Source: Convolutriloba macropyga
Taxonomy: Eukaryota
Assembly (NCBI RefSeq): GCF_964194025.1
Contig: NC_134476.1
Location: 48,174,001 to 48,238,000 of the forward strand
Direction of reading: 5' to 3'
Length of the DNA stretch: 64,000 bases
The translations under genes and the position numbers were made by a program. This document shows, one piece after another, positions 1 through 13,029 of this stretch; the first letter of the stretch is position 1; each line of letters begins with the position of its first letter. The notes under the pieces were generated by a model. That model saw only the letters and a list, made by a program, of their open reading frames with translations, searched no databases and was not told the origin of the DNA.

Positions 1-686
1 AAAAAAATAAAATTCTGTACTGATTACATCAATTTTCGCTCATCTGAGCTTGTTTGTTGCTTTTGTGGGTTCTAACATTATACCCGGGATATGAGTTCCA
101 CAATTTCCTCTCCATTTCACCACCACAAGTACCAAATGAAATAGGTTAGAAGTAAAAAAAATGACAGGAAACCTGAATTGGCTGACATTTTAATTGTTCG
201 TTTTCATTTAAGATTGCGTATTCTTTGAATGAAACAGGAATATGAGGAAATGGGCAATTATTTTGCATCCTTTTAATTGATTCTAACTGATTCTATCTAT
301 TTAGGAAAACATAAATAGTTGATCGCGCTAACACCAAATACGTCACGCAGAGTATTCGTTGTCATTACCCGTCAAACACGAAATAAGTTCTTGAGATCAA
401 AAAGTGAACCTTTGTTTTTCATTATCGAATTTCTAAGAGACAGAAACAAGTAAACTTAATTATTCAATCCCACGAAGAATTGTAACCAGATTAATTTTAT
501 GGTGACTACAAAAAAAGTAATCTGCAATTATTGGACTAGAAAGGAACGGCGAATCAGACAAAAAGCGGCATCCTCTTATTAATAAAATCTCTTCTATCAA
601 ATTTTGATCTTGTTTCCTGTTTTCAATAAATTTTGAAGTGAAATAAGGCCACTCGTATGCTTTTTATGTAGTTTTCGTCGATTTTT

Positions 687-886
687 NNNNNNNNNNNNNN
701 NNNNNNNNNNNNNNNNNNNNNNNNNNNNNNNNNNNNNNNNNNNNNNNNNNNNNNNNNNNNNNNNNNNNNNNNNNNNNNNNNNNNNNNNNNNNNNNNNNNN
801 NNNNNNNNNNNNNNNNNNNNNNNNNNNNNNNNNNNNNNNNNNNNNNNNNNNNNNNNNNNNNNNNNNNNNNNNNNNNNNNNNNNNNN
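687..886. other. Assembly gap (others at 33577-33890 and 36268-36617)
   Basis: N runs. Confidence 1.
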
Positions 887-1342
887 CCATTTTCCTAAAA
901 CATAGCAAGCTTTGAAATTTTGGGATTAGTTTGGAAATATATATCTCGAGCAAAAAATTAGCAAATCAAGTTCTCTAAAGCTGTATTGGCTTCTTAGTTA
1001 GGGTATTTTCTTATACAATGATTTGATGTATAACGTTCCTGATTGACAACGTTGTTTTCAATTTCGCGTAATTAGGAGAAGTCAATTTATTTTTCTGGAA
1101 TAATAACAATAACAACGTAATGTAATTAGTTTTCTCGCAGAAGATGCAAAAAGTGCAAAAAAGAGCAAGTAGTATTTGATTAAAAACAGTCTTTCAACAG
1201 CGTGTGAAAAATGAACAGAAAGCATCTTTTCGGTAGCTTGCATTGTGTGTTGTTGTTTGATTTGTGTTGGCTTCAGCAATTAAATTTCTTTTGATGTGAA
1301 TTTTTGATGTGAATTGAGTTCTTTTTGTGTGAACACACACTT

Positions 1343-1346
<4 letters not shown>

Positions 1347-1412
<66 letters not shown>

Positions 1413-1425
1413 GTATGTATATATT
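1347..1425. repeat. (TA)n microsatellite
   Basis: Direct inspection. Confidence 0.95.
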
Positions 1426-1933
1426 TAATATGATATTTTTATAAAAACTTTTCAAATTATTTAAGTTGCCCGTGAAGTTTTTTAAAGCCTGATGACTGGT
1501 TTTTGTATATAGAGAGTTTGAAGGACATTAATACAGAGATAATTTCTGGCATGTTTGGATATAGTGTTTCTGAATTCAATTTTACTTTTTTACTTGGATC
1601 TTTTTTGTCGTAAAAGTTCCTGTTTTTTGAGTTATTAGATTCAAAGAACTTTTGTAATAAATGTCTAATTTTCTATGTGTTTTTTAATTGATATGGGCTT
1701 TTGATTTATGGGATATCGATTCCATAGGTGTCTATAATATAGCCGTTGTATTTCTTTTGTAGAAATAATCATGTGTTTTTAAACTGAAGTTTGTGAGTTT
1801 TTTGTTTCTTTCTGTTCGTCTACTACGGTAGATAATACGTTATCTTAGTGTATTGCTATGGTATCGTATTTACGATTATTTTGTAGGTTTTGGCTCACAA
1901 TTGTGATAGACATAACTTCAGCTTGGAAAACAT

Positions 1934-2589
1934 TCCTAGTGATCAAAGAATTCAAAATCTTGCAAGATAATACATAGTTTTGCTTGCAAGGGTCTTGCAA
2001 AATTTTATATTCTTCTTCCAAGAATCTTGCAAGATTTTGAATCCTTTTTTGCTTGAAATATCAATGTTAAGCATGAAATTGGTAATATTGTGTCGGTAAA
2101 ATTACTCAAGTCATGTTATAAACTGACTTTGATGAGCTATTTCCAGTATGATATGATTGTTTTTCCCTCCTCTTTTCTCATTCGGTGATTGGGACCGGCA
2201 GTGGCGGAATTACAATTAAAGCTATAGGAATACTGCTAGGGTACAGTGAAATCCGACCCATTTTATCAAGAGAGAGAAAACGAAAGTAATTTTGTCATTT
2301 ATTGAGTAATTTGATGTTTAAAATGAAGGATTTGGATGGCTCACATTCAAACGGTATTTAGGAAAAAAGTCATAATGAATCAGTTCTGCTGATCTAAATT
2401 CTGGAAAGAGTCAATTAATTTGGTTTCCAGTTAGTTGTAGCTTCCACAAATAATCAAAAAAACTTTTGTATCTTGCAAGATTTCTCGCAAGTTTTCAATC
2501 TTGCAAGTTTTGAATCAAGATTGATATCTTTCAAGTTTTGAATCATCTTGCAAGATTCCTGCCAGATTTGATTCCACTGATCACTAGGG
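1934..2589. mobile_element. Non-autonomous TIR element (MITE) with TCTTGCAAGA palindromic subterminal repeats
   Basis: Ends tCCTAGTGATCA...TGATCACTAGGG; TCTTGCAAG(A) clusters near both ends. Confidence 0.7.
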
Positions 2590-2825
2590 TTGAATGTGGT
2601 GTTCTTTATTGTGACAAGCAGGTTCCACTTCTTCTGATGATTCATAAATGGACCTTTGGTTTGCTAGCTCTTTAAATTTTTGTCATTAGAAATCTCTTTT
2701 GCTGAAACCTTGAAATTGATTATTCTTGTTTTTGTTCGTGTGCACTCGTTTTTTAAAAACACTTGTTCTGTTTCGAGGTAGGATTTGGTCATTAGTGTGA
2801 TGGCCAGGGAGGGATTTTTCTATTG

Positions 2826-4684
2826 CCCAGGTCGAGGTGGCCAGACCGAAGTGACCCCTGATCAGACGAGTTTCGAGCGCACACATGTTCCCGGTGCGCT
2901 CGAATTACATGGTCTGGAAAAGGCTTCGAGCGCACTTTTGTCTAGACAATGGTCTGGAACTTGCCTGATCAGATGCCACTTTGTTCTTGGACGGTCTGAT
3001 CAGAGGCCACTTTGTTCTTGGACGGTCTGATCAGAGGTCACTTTGGTCTGGGACGGTCTGATCAGAGGTCACTTTGGTCTGGGACGGTCTGATCACAGGT
3101 CACTTTGGTCTGGGACGGTCTGATCAGAGGCAGTTTCAAGCTCACACAAGTCTGATCAGAGGCCGATTCGAGCGCACACAGTCTGACCGGAGACCAATTC
3201 GAGCGACATTTTTTTTCAAGTTTTTTTGTTTTCTTACTGACTTTTGAAGTCAGCATTCTGAACAGCATTCTGAACAACAATAAAACAGCATTCTGATCTC
3301 AACTTCATCTGAAAATCTGATGGGTTTGATCAGAACCAAGGGGTCCAGCTGATAACAACTGCCGGTTCCCCCAAGAAAAGATTTTGAATCAAATTACACA
3401 ATTTATGTACAACCATTCGTTAAAAGAAGTTTAATACATATTAAGAAAGAGTTTCAGTTTAAAAAGAAGTATTGAAGCAGAAAGTTTTCGTTAAAACTGA
3501 GTTTCTGTTCCTGTTGTATTAAAGACTTCTTTTGCATCCGGCGCACTCAGCCATTTTAAGCACCATGGAGGGCTTCTACTGGCTGAACTTGGCATTTCAA
3601 AAAGATAATGGATCGGATTCATGGCTAGCCTCGTAGGGATGGTGTGATCGGCAACTTTCATTATCCCAAGGTAAGTAACAAGTACTCTTAATTAATTAAA
3701 ACAAAAAATAATAAATTTTCAGGATATTAAATGTTTGATGACGTTGGTGGGACTCGAACCTCATTGTGTGGGTGTCAGAATTTTAACCGTTATTAGTGCA
3801 TTGCACTAAGTTTTGTTCTGTTTTTGGAGGTGTTTGGCATCATAGTTTCATTGTTCTCAGTTTGGAATTGTCTGAAAAGTTGAGACGGATGAAATTGGCT
3901 CATCCTGAGTTTCGAACCCACGCTCGCATTGTTAATATTGAGTTAGCTGTCCGCGCTAAGTTCCATGTTTGATGGCCCATATTTTCAATACTTTTTCGAT
4001 CGCAATACGAATTAACTTCCAACCAATTAAAGCAGATAGGTAGTATAAAACAAATGATCTTAATTCGTATAATATAATAGTCGTCAGTCTGAGGAGAACA
4101 AATGCAAAAATTTTCTGTTCAAAAAGAAAGGACTGAAAAAGTTAAAATGAATTTTGTTTTAAGAAAAGATTTTGAATCAAAGTAGATCAAGACGTTTTTA
4201 TGCAGAGCTGTCTAAGTTCATTTTTTCAGTTAAAAGCATAAAAAAATGGCATACTCAGTAAAATTTTTTGATCATTTTTTTCGATTTACTTTTATTAACA
4301 ATACTTTCAGGATTGGTTTTTTGTTAGTTGAATATAAGATTGATAAAATGATAGATGAAATGAATATATTATAACGATATTGAGAGATTTGTTCATGTTT
4401 AAAATAATTCTCTGATCAGACTATTTCGAACGCACTTTAGTCTGGACAATGGTCTGGAACTCGTCTGGACAATGGTCTGGAACTTGTCTGATCAGGGGTC
4501 ACTTCGGTCTGGAACTCGGCTGATCAGAGGTGGCTTCGAGCGCACTTCGAGCGCACAATGGTCTTTGAGCGCATTCTCGTCTGATCAGAGGTCACTTCGG
4601 TCTGGGACGGTCGGTCTTATCAGAGGTCCCACTTGTCTGGGACGGTCTGATCAGAGGCGATTTCGAGCGCGACCTCAACCTGGG
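2826..4684. mobile_element. Non-autonomous EnSpm/CACTA(CMC)-like DNA transposon, 1.86 kb
   Basis: TIR CCCAGGTYGAGGT...ACCTCAACCTGGG, 2-bp flanking TG duplication, subterminal ~31-bp arrays built on the palindrome TCTGATCAGA. Confidence 0.8.
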
Positions 4685-6095
4685 TGTCACTCAACTTTTT
4701 GAAATGTAATTGAGCACTTAAAATGCAATATTTTTTTTCTTGTCGTGATTGAGCACAATTTGCAGAATGAACCTATTAAGGCGAGTTTCACTTTTTGTTC
4801 GCATAAGATAGGGTCAAAATTTTCAGATACATTGTGTCTCTTCACTGCAGAATTCTTCTTTTCCTTCTCATCATTAAGTAATAAGTTAGAGGTTTAGCTT
4901 CAATTCAACTTGAACTTTTCTGCTTTTCGATGACTTATTAAAGTTGTTAAACTATCAGTATGAGCAGTATAAATGTGCGGATATATAATAACAGTATGAC
5001 ATAATTGAGCGGAGGAAAAAAGTGTGAAATGTCTCCATCTATGATCGGCTGTTACGTTTTTTATTTGAGCTGTTAAACAAAGTTTGTTTCCACATGATTT
5101 AAAGTAACAAAAAGTTTATTTTTTCTCCTGTTGCTAATTTAACTGAGCACAGTAGTCACTTACTTACTTACTTTCAGATAGTTAAATAGATATAGAAAGA
5201 TAGATGGAAAGGGAACACACGTATGAATGAATGAATGTATGTAAGAATTAAGTGAAATGAGAAGTGGAGTAATGGCAACATACATAATCTAGTAATTGTG
5301 GTAGTAATTTTAAAGACCATATGTTACCTTTGTTAAGTTGGGAGCACTCAAAAGGAAAGGCAACAGGTGGTTTTATTAGAGCTTAAATAGATACACAACT
5401 TCATTCCTCAATTCCTCTATTCCTTAATTCTACATCTCCTCTCTTTCGCTCCTGTGCTGCGTACGTAGTCACTAATTCCTCATCACAAACCAACCAACAC
5501 TTTTCAATTAATTCTCCGTCATAACTTTTTAAACCAACTTTTATAAACTGATAAACATCACTGCTATACTAATACTTGTCATCGTTGGCCTTTATTTCAT
5601 TCATTCATTCACTTAGTGAGGGAGATTAATTGTACCTTAAAGAGGAAAAACTCGGTTTCTCAGACTAAAATTAACTTGGTTTCCGCTGTTGCAGCTCTCA
5701 TTTCGAACATTGCGAACATTTAGCTAAAGTAACCTCAACAAAATCGTGACTTGATTAATTTGGTTTAAACGGTGAGTAATTAATTAATTAATTTGTTTTC
5801 AACAATTCTGCCCTAATGTCTACCTGTAGCACACCTGGTTTTTATCCCAGACACTTATGATAAAGCAGTGCTGCGATTTAATTATTTTGTTTTCCACCGA
5901 GTAATTCTAATGATAAATGTAGGTTATTCAAAGCCCTTCTATTCCATTTTTCCTATTTTTATTCTTTCCAGTCCATTCGATAAGTTTAAGTGGGGAGAAA
6001 TGATGCATTCAACTGCGTGGATAGTGAAGTTGGAACTATAGACCTGGATGGTGTTGGTTTTTCCCCAATTTTTATTTTAATAAGTAAAATCATTG

Positions 6096-6470
6096 CCCTC
6101 AGTTGCTTCCATATTTTTTGACAAAATCTGGATTGTCTCCGGCAATGATGCACGATCTTAGTAGGCTATCAGGGTTGCTACTTCATAGTAATCATACAAG
6201 GATCATATATGATGCCATAAAAGTCATGCGCTATTTCTTAGTACGATGCTTGTATGATTACTTGGGAAACATATATGATTTTATATAATCACCGGGACAT
6301 CATATATGATCTTTGTAAGATAACCAGGAAATCAAAAAGGGAGAACGCTTTTATGAGACAACTATGAGTAGCAAGAAACCATTTATGAATGATGTAAGGT
6401 TACAGGGAGATCATATATGATAAATATATGATAACCAGAAAATCATCAGTTTTAACACGTACACTGAGAA
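6096..6470. mobile_element. Degenerate MITE with ATCATATATGAT palindromic repeats
   Basis: Repeated (G)ATCATATATGAT motifs; CCCTCAGT...ACTGAGaa possible ends. Confidence 0.35.
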
Positions 6471-7606
6471 ATGGAAAATGCCCCTGGGCTTGCATAACGG
6501 CATCGGGACTATCCAAAAACCAACCAGTAATTAATGCCAGCTCAAGCTAAACAGACCTAACAGGACTTTAAAAAATTGAACAGAAAATGTTGTTTCACGT
6601 ATTTATCAAATGGATTTCAAAGTGGAAAAAAGCAGTCACTTGAAGTTCTGGGTCCCCGAAGCCAGTTTAGCTCATCGTTGTCAGTTTAGTCCGTTATCAA
6701 TAATGCTGTAAATTTTGTAGGTTAAAATATTTCTTTAGTACAAAATTGAGTTTAAAAAATATCTATAGACAACTATTTCATAAATATTGTGAAAAATGTA
6801 TCCACTTCGTTGTATGATGACATACTTAACCAAGCGCAATTAAAATATTATATGCCGATTGAAATCATTTTTAGTAATTTAGCTTCCGGGACCAAATTTT
6901 ATTGTCTCGATTGAAACATATTATGAGGAGACGTTTTCCGGAGCAAAAAACTTACCGGGTCACCGTACTCGTGGAGGAAAATATTTCCCAAATCTGACAG
7001 TCTTTGCTGTCTTAACGTCCTAAAATATAGTAAGAGTCATGCTTTGAAAAGAGAGTAGTCATTTGGTTACACTAGCAGCCCATTCGAATTAATCGAAAAA
7101 TTCAAATATTTTTAAGAAAAATTTTTTTGCTAAATCAAAAATACTATAACTAAGATAACAAATAAACAGATAACTTATTCGACACTCAGGCTAGTGGAAA
7201 AGAAACGAATTGGTGGCATTAAAAATCTCCCAACTCTGGCCGAACCGTTTATTGATCATTTCTTTCACGTATAATTCACAACCCAACGGTCGGGCCCCAA
7301 TCAACTTATTTCAAAATTTCCGTACTTCACAAATGCACTTTTAGAGCAAAACGATTTGGCTCGCCAAATTTTTGTAGCAGATAAAAACAAAATACAAAAA
7401 ATTACTCTCTATTACTGCTAAATATTTTTTCAAATCACTGCTCAAGGCTGTCATAGCACACCAAAGATAAGCAAAAAGTATTAGAAAGTCTTTTTCCACA
7501 AAGAATTTGAAAAAAATTCTTTTAATATAATGCAATCATGTGTACAGATGATAAAAAGTCGCTGTTCTGGTTTTGTATCCGTCAAAATAAGATTTCATGT
7601 TTTTAA

Positions 7607-10262
7607 TTATTCCGACCCCTCTTGAGGGGGGAGGAACTATACTCTAATGGGTTTTTTTGTTCAGTCAATTTTGGCCGATCGATATATTCATCGTAGAGAG
7701 TTGAGACTGGTATCATTAGAAAGCTTGTCCAGCGTAGAATATGGAATTAAAAAGATTGTTTTGATTTTCGTTTTTGACAGGGAGATATCGAGGTTTAAAC
7801 TTTCGAGAAAATAGAGTGAATTCAGTTGATTTCCTTCACTTTTCGGAATTTCGCCAATTTTGATAAAATTGAATAAAATTTTTTAAGAAAATGTTGTTGA
7901 TTTTACGTCTAAAGACCAAATATAATGTCGGTTATTTTCACTGAATTTTTTGGTCACAAATTCCGGCTAAATATTTCACAAAATTCAGACTTTTTCACCA
8001 AAAACAGCTCGAAATAAGTTTCTTTAGTCCACTCTGAATAAATTTGCAGGAAGTGCACACCCAAACACCACTAACACAATCTTTGTAGACTGAAAAGGGA
8101 GCTAATTCCACTTCAACTTCCGTTGAGAGTGCTCTGTAAATAAAACTTTGCCGTTTTTTGCTAAATTTATTCAATGTCTATCAAAAACGCAGCATTTATT
8201 TTCAATTTTTTGACTAACAAAATATCTATATCAATGACATTCCAAACATTAGCTATTCCTAATGGACAATTAGCATTAGCAGGACCAGTTCTCTACCAAC
8301 CTTGGACCGTTACAATCCAAAGATAATTCGCATTGTCGTCAGTCGGTTTTTTATAAAAAAAAAAGTTCGATCTTTTTTATATTAATTAAATAACAGAACA
8401 TTTCAAATCAAAGCTCACTAGTGATAGGTCCTATTGGCTTCCTAATTAGCTCGATTCCTATTTAATTTCTCTAGTTGATTGCTTGAAAGCTTATGGTTGT
8501 TTTGAATTTTAAAATACTTGATTTTTAAATAAAAAAAGGCTTATTGATTTTTGCCTCCATTTTTCTCTTAATTTGGTCAACTTGTACCTTAGTGTCAGCA
8601 ATCAAAGAGTGCTCCTTTTTGCTGATTCAAATTTAGTCTTTATTGCGGTTTTTCGCCTTAAGTTATGGTGTTCTGGCTTTGATACTGCTATATTTCACAA
8701 TTTTTTTTTTAATTTTTAGGTATTTACCCAATTTTCATGTTTTCTAGTTTTGTCAAATTATCACGTTTTTGTCTGTTCATATATCACATTTTTCGCGTTC
8801 AAAATAACGCACAATTGATGATATTTAAATCTTTAACGATATAGATTGTGGTTCTTTACCGCTTCGACAGTACTTTCGCGAAGAATTTATATGAATTTTT
8901 TGATTTTGTCTTTAACTGTCGTTTTTACTTTGTCTTTTCGTATTTAATTTCCTGCACAATGACCCGGTTTTATTGGTTTTTCCTAGAAGAATAGATGAGC
9001 CGATATTCTGATATTAAAAAATAGATGATGGCTTTCATGACTTTGAAAACAATTGCTTTCCAAAATGAAAAAAAAAAATATTTCAACTTCGCAATTTTGT
9101 TCCTTTTATTGTCTGCTTGTTACCTGGTCTCGTTAATTAAAGGCTAAAGAAGACATTATTTTTCTCAAGGGAAGGTGTCAAAAAGGACTGGTGTCACAAA
9201 ATTTATTGTTTTTAAAGATTTCGGATTTCGTTATCACTTTACTGGCTTCGACACGGGTTTTTCACAAAAAAAGTCAATTAGTTTTTGATTTTTGTCATAT
9301 TTGACGTTCTTTTTGTAGACGTAAGACTTGTTCTGGATAATTGCAGGTCTCGAGGGCTTCCTTTGGAAGAATAAACGAGCTTATTCAATTTTTTTATTTT
9401 GTAATTAATGGCTTTCATGTCTTTGGAAATATATTTTTTTCGATAAAAACAAGTTTTTTATAATCTTGCTTTTTTTTTCCTTTTGATCTAATTGTTACCT
9501 AATTTCATTAATGAGAGGTCACATAATACATAATCGGCGTTCGACGAAGGTGCAATCGAACATTTTTTAGGGGCCAAAGTATGGCTTTTCGGCTCCCAAA
9601 GCTTTTTCTGGCAAGTTTTAATTGATTTTTAGTTTTTTGTCTATTTGCTGTTCTTTTTGTAACTGCGTAAAAAGTTGAATACCAAGAGTTTTTAATTCAG
9701 TTCTATGGATGCATTGGTAATTGTAAACCTATGGAATATTTTAGTTGATTCCTAATGGTCTTCATTATTTTGAAATTAATTGTTTTTTAAAATAAAATTA
9801 GGCGAATTTTCTAACTTTAAAGATTCTGTTCTTTTTTGTCTAATTGATACCAAGCTTTATTATGAACTGGTGAATAACCAATTTTTTCTGGTGAGTTACA
9901 TTTTATTTGTTTATTTCCAGTTTTATCTGACGCTATTTTGACTTTGTTATTAAGTTTTGTTTTTTAAAATGGACATAAATTTTTTGATTTAATTAATGTT
10001 TGTTGTTGTTGTGTGATTTTGCCGTTCGTCTTCGCTCGCTTTATTAATATCGGCTCATATCATCAATCTAATGCATCATTTTTTTTTTACTCCACTGAGT
10101 TATTTGCTTTGGAGGCTATCTTTTCTTTCATACAACAATTTTTTTTGAAAAACACTTGAATTTTTTGTGTTTTTCTGTCTGTTCCTCATTTGGTAGACAA
10201 TTATGCCAAAATTGTGGATGAGCGGGGTCGAAACCTTATGTGCAATCGCACATTACCGAGCC
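7607..10262 (+). mobile_element. Helentron-type non-autonomous element (HINE-like), ~2.65 kb
   Basis: 5' TTCCGACCCC with fold-back to GGGGGGAGGAAC; 3' inverted GGGGTCGAAAC followed by hairpin ATGTGC-AATC-GCACAT; internal diverged ~370-bp repeats. Confidence 0.65.
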
Positions 10263-12054
10263 GCCTTGTTTGATTTCATGTTTTATTGATCATTTTTTGG
10301 CCTAATATATGTGAAAAACAATTTTTTTACTTCGAATAAACATTCAGCTGCCTTTTCTGAGTTAAATCAGTGCGATTATTTTTAAAATCTATTATGAAAG
10401 CTGGCTATATTAAAAATTTCAGGAAATCTATATTTTTTTTATTTAACTAACTCTAAATGAAAAAAAAATAACGAACAATAGCTTACACAGTTGCTTTCGA
10501 TTTTAGTTTCAGAGTTGAGTAGAATTTAAGTGAACGTAATTATTTAACAAATGGTAAAAACTGAAAACTGTAAAATGATCATGTATAATTTTGTTTTCCG
10601 AAAATTTAATTGTTTCAAAATGTATCGCGTTCGCTTTTCATAAACATTTTTTTTCCCACATTCTCACCTTATCTAAGTTTAAATAGTTAATTAATTTTTG
10701 GGTCCTTTTCGTAATAATTTTTTTCAAATATAGGAATAATGAATTGACAGTTAACTTGGTTAACATGACTATGTATATGGAAACAAGTGATCAACAGTTT
10801 AATTAATCAATTTTCATCAGCCCATTTCATTTTTCCACACATGAAATGTATGTTTCTATTCTCCCCACTTTGGTCAGGTGAGAATAAAAACTCCTGATTG
10901 ATCACGTTTTTTGTAATATTTTTTTCTGAAAATTATTTAAGAGAATGATTTGTAGATTGTTTCTGAAATCTTATGTTGGGTTTATATTCAGTATATTTCA
11001 GGTTCCCGGATTTTGAGCAATTTTTCAATACAGCAATCAGTTTTTGTTATTCAGAATTGTTTTTATAATATTTCAATCCCAATTCAAGCGAATGAACTCT
11101 TGAAAATCAATTTTTTGCTAACTTGTTATTTTAATCCTGCGTCTTCTAACTGACTGATCCTTGTCAGAATAAATTAATTTTATTAATTCTGATTTAACTA
11201 GTCGCAGTTATTAATAACTGGATGTTAAGTTAGTAAATAGTGGAGTTGATTTATCTTTGTATATTTGATGAAGTGAGTGTGCACGCGTGTGTGTTTGACT
11301 GTTTGTGTTAACACCGGCTGTTACGTTTGTCATCTTATGAACACTCTAAACAAACTGCACTCGGAGAAATCAACTGACGAAATGTTAATTAAAAAACTGT
11401 AACTGCTCATACACAAATTGCAATTTTTCACTTTTTTTCAAGATTTCAAGATGTTGATCGGTAAACAAAAGCGATATGAAAAATAGTGCTGATACTCGAT
11501 GGAACTGCGGGAGTTATAATCTATCATTAGTCAGTGCTGGTTATTACTAGTAAGCACAGTAAACTGTTTATGATATGTTTATAGGTGCACCATCGGGTCG
11601 ATTAAAAGTGTCGCACACACACATTGCTGAAGTTAAGGAAAGCACACGTTTTAATTTCACTCCGTCATCTGGCAAAATTGCTGAGTTGAAATTGATCAAG
11701 GAATGTCAAACTAAATCAACCATCTATTAAACTAGTTACACTAACTATCCTTACTTTCTTAGCTCAAATAATAACTAGTGTACACATAAGTTATCACCAT
11801 CAGTTGAAAAACACTTTTTATAAATAACTAAATAAAAATATCAACATATTGCGTTTGCAAACATATACACTCAATGAAACAAAAGCTATACTGACTTGAG
11901 AAATCTTTGAGAAAACAAGATTTACTTTTCCCCCTAAATCGCTCTTGCGTACATTACGTTTCACTCAAACGGGTAAAATTGTGGAAATTGAAAAAAGAAT
12001 TTCGAGACAGGTAAGACAGTATCATATCAAATATTTCATCTTAATAAGCAATAA

Positions 12055-13029
12055 TTCAAGTTGAGGTACCAGACCAAAAGCCGGTATGTCCGCACTAGAG
12101 GGCATCATGTGTTTAAAATTACACGATCTGGAAAGAAATATGTACGCATGATAGTCTGGACATAGGTGTTTTAGAACACACGATAGTCTGGAAATAGGCA
12201 ACTTTAAATTCACGAAAGTCCGGATATAGGCAACTTCGAACAAACTCAAGTCTCGACATAGTGACCCTTGAGTGCACAAAAATTTTTGAATGGAAACAAA
12301 AATGCCAAAAACTGACAAGCTCATAATTGACTACACACTCTCATTAGAGTGCTCACTCAAGTTAAAGCTTTCTACAAAGAAAACCTCAACTTACTTGAGT
12401 TCAAAAGTTGCACAACCTCGAACGTAGAAAAAGTTGCATGCAAAATTTGGTTTGCATTGGACAATTTAATGCTTAGAATTATAGAAAATTGCTGAAGTTG
12501 CAAAATTTCAAGCTTTAATGACCGGATGTCCCTTTTGACCATTCTGCTCATCAAGGCTATTATATTAATTTTCAATCCACCCCTTACTGGGATACTTCTT
12601 ACAACCATTTCCTTGAGATATCTATACTTGAAATGATTTCATTATAAACATGTTGAGTACCACCTGTATGAATAAGAATGGAAATAGATCACGACATAAA
12701 CGCACGAAAGTCTGCATATACACACTTTTGAATGCACAAAGAACCAAGGAGGTTTGGACAGAGGTGTTTTTGAACGCATGATCGCACAACTTTTCAAATT
12801 TGGAGCAAACGAAATTTTGTTTGGAATGTACGAAAGTCCGGTCATAGTGAATTTCGAACGCACGAAGGTCTGGACGTGGGGCTTTTTGAACGCACGCAGA
12901 AAGCACAAATGTTTTTGAACGCACAAAATGCTGGACATTGTATTTCCATCTGAGTCGGTCTGGACATAGACATGTTTTGTCTGGCACGGTCTGGACATAG
13001 GGACTTTCGGTATGAGACCTCAACCTGGG
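12055..13029. mobile_element. Non-autonomous TIR element related to 2826-4684
   Basis: Imperfect ~37-bp TIR (ttcaaGTTGAGGT...ACCTCAACCTGGG); GTCTGGACA/AACGCAC subrepeats. Confidence 0.7.

Noticed and set aside
2940-3200. Regular ~31-bp repeats resembling a CRISPR array
   Set aside because: No unique spacers, eukaryotic context, and they are subterminal repeats of a TIR element.
12022-13023. 100-133-aa minus-strand ORFs
   Set aside because: They arise from iterated subrepeats of a non-autonomous element and show no transposase motifs.
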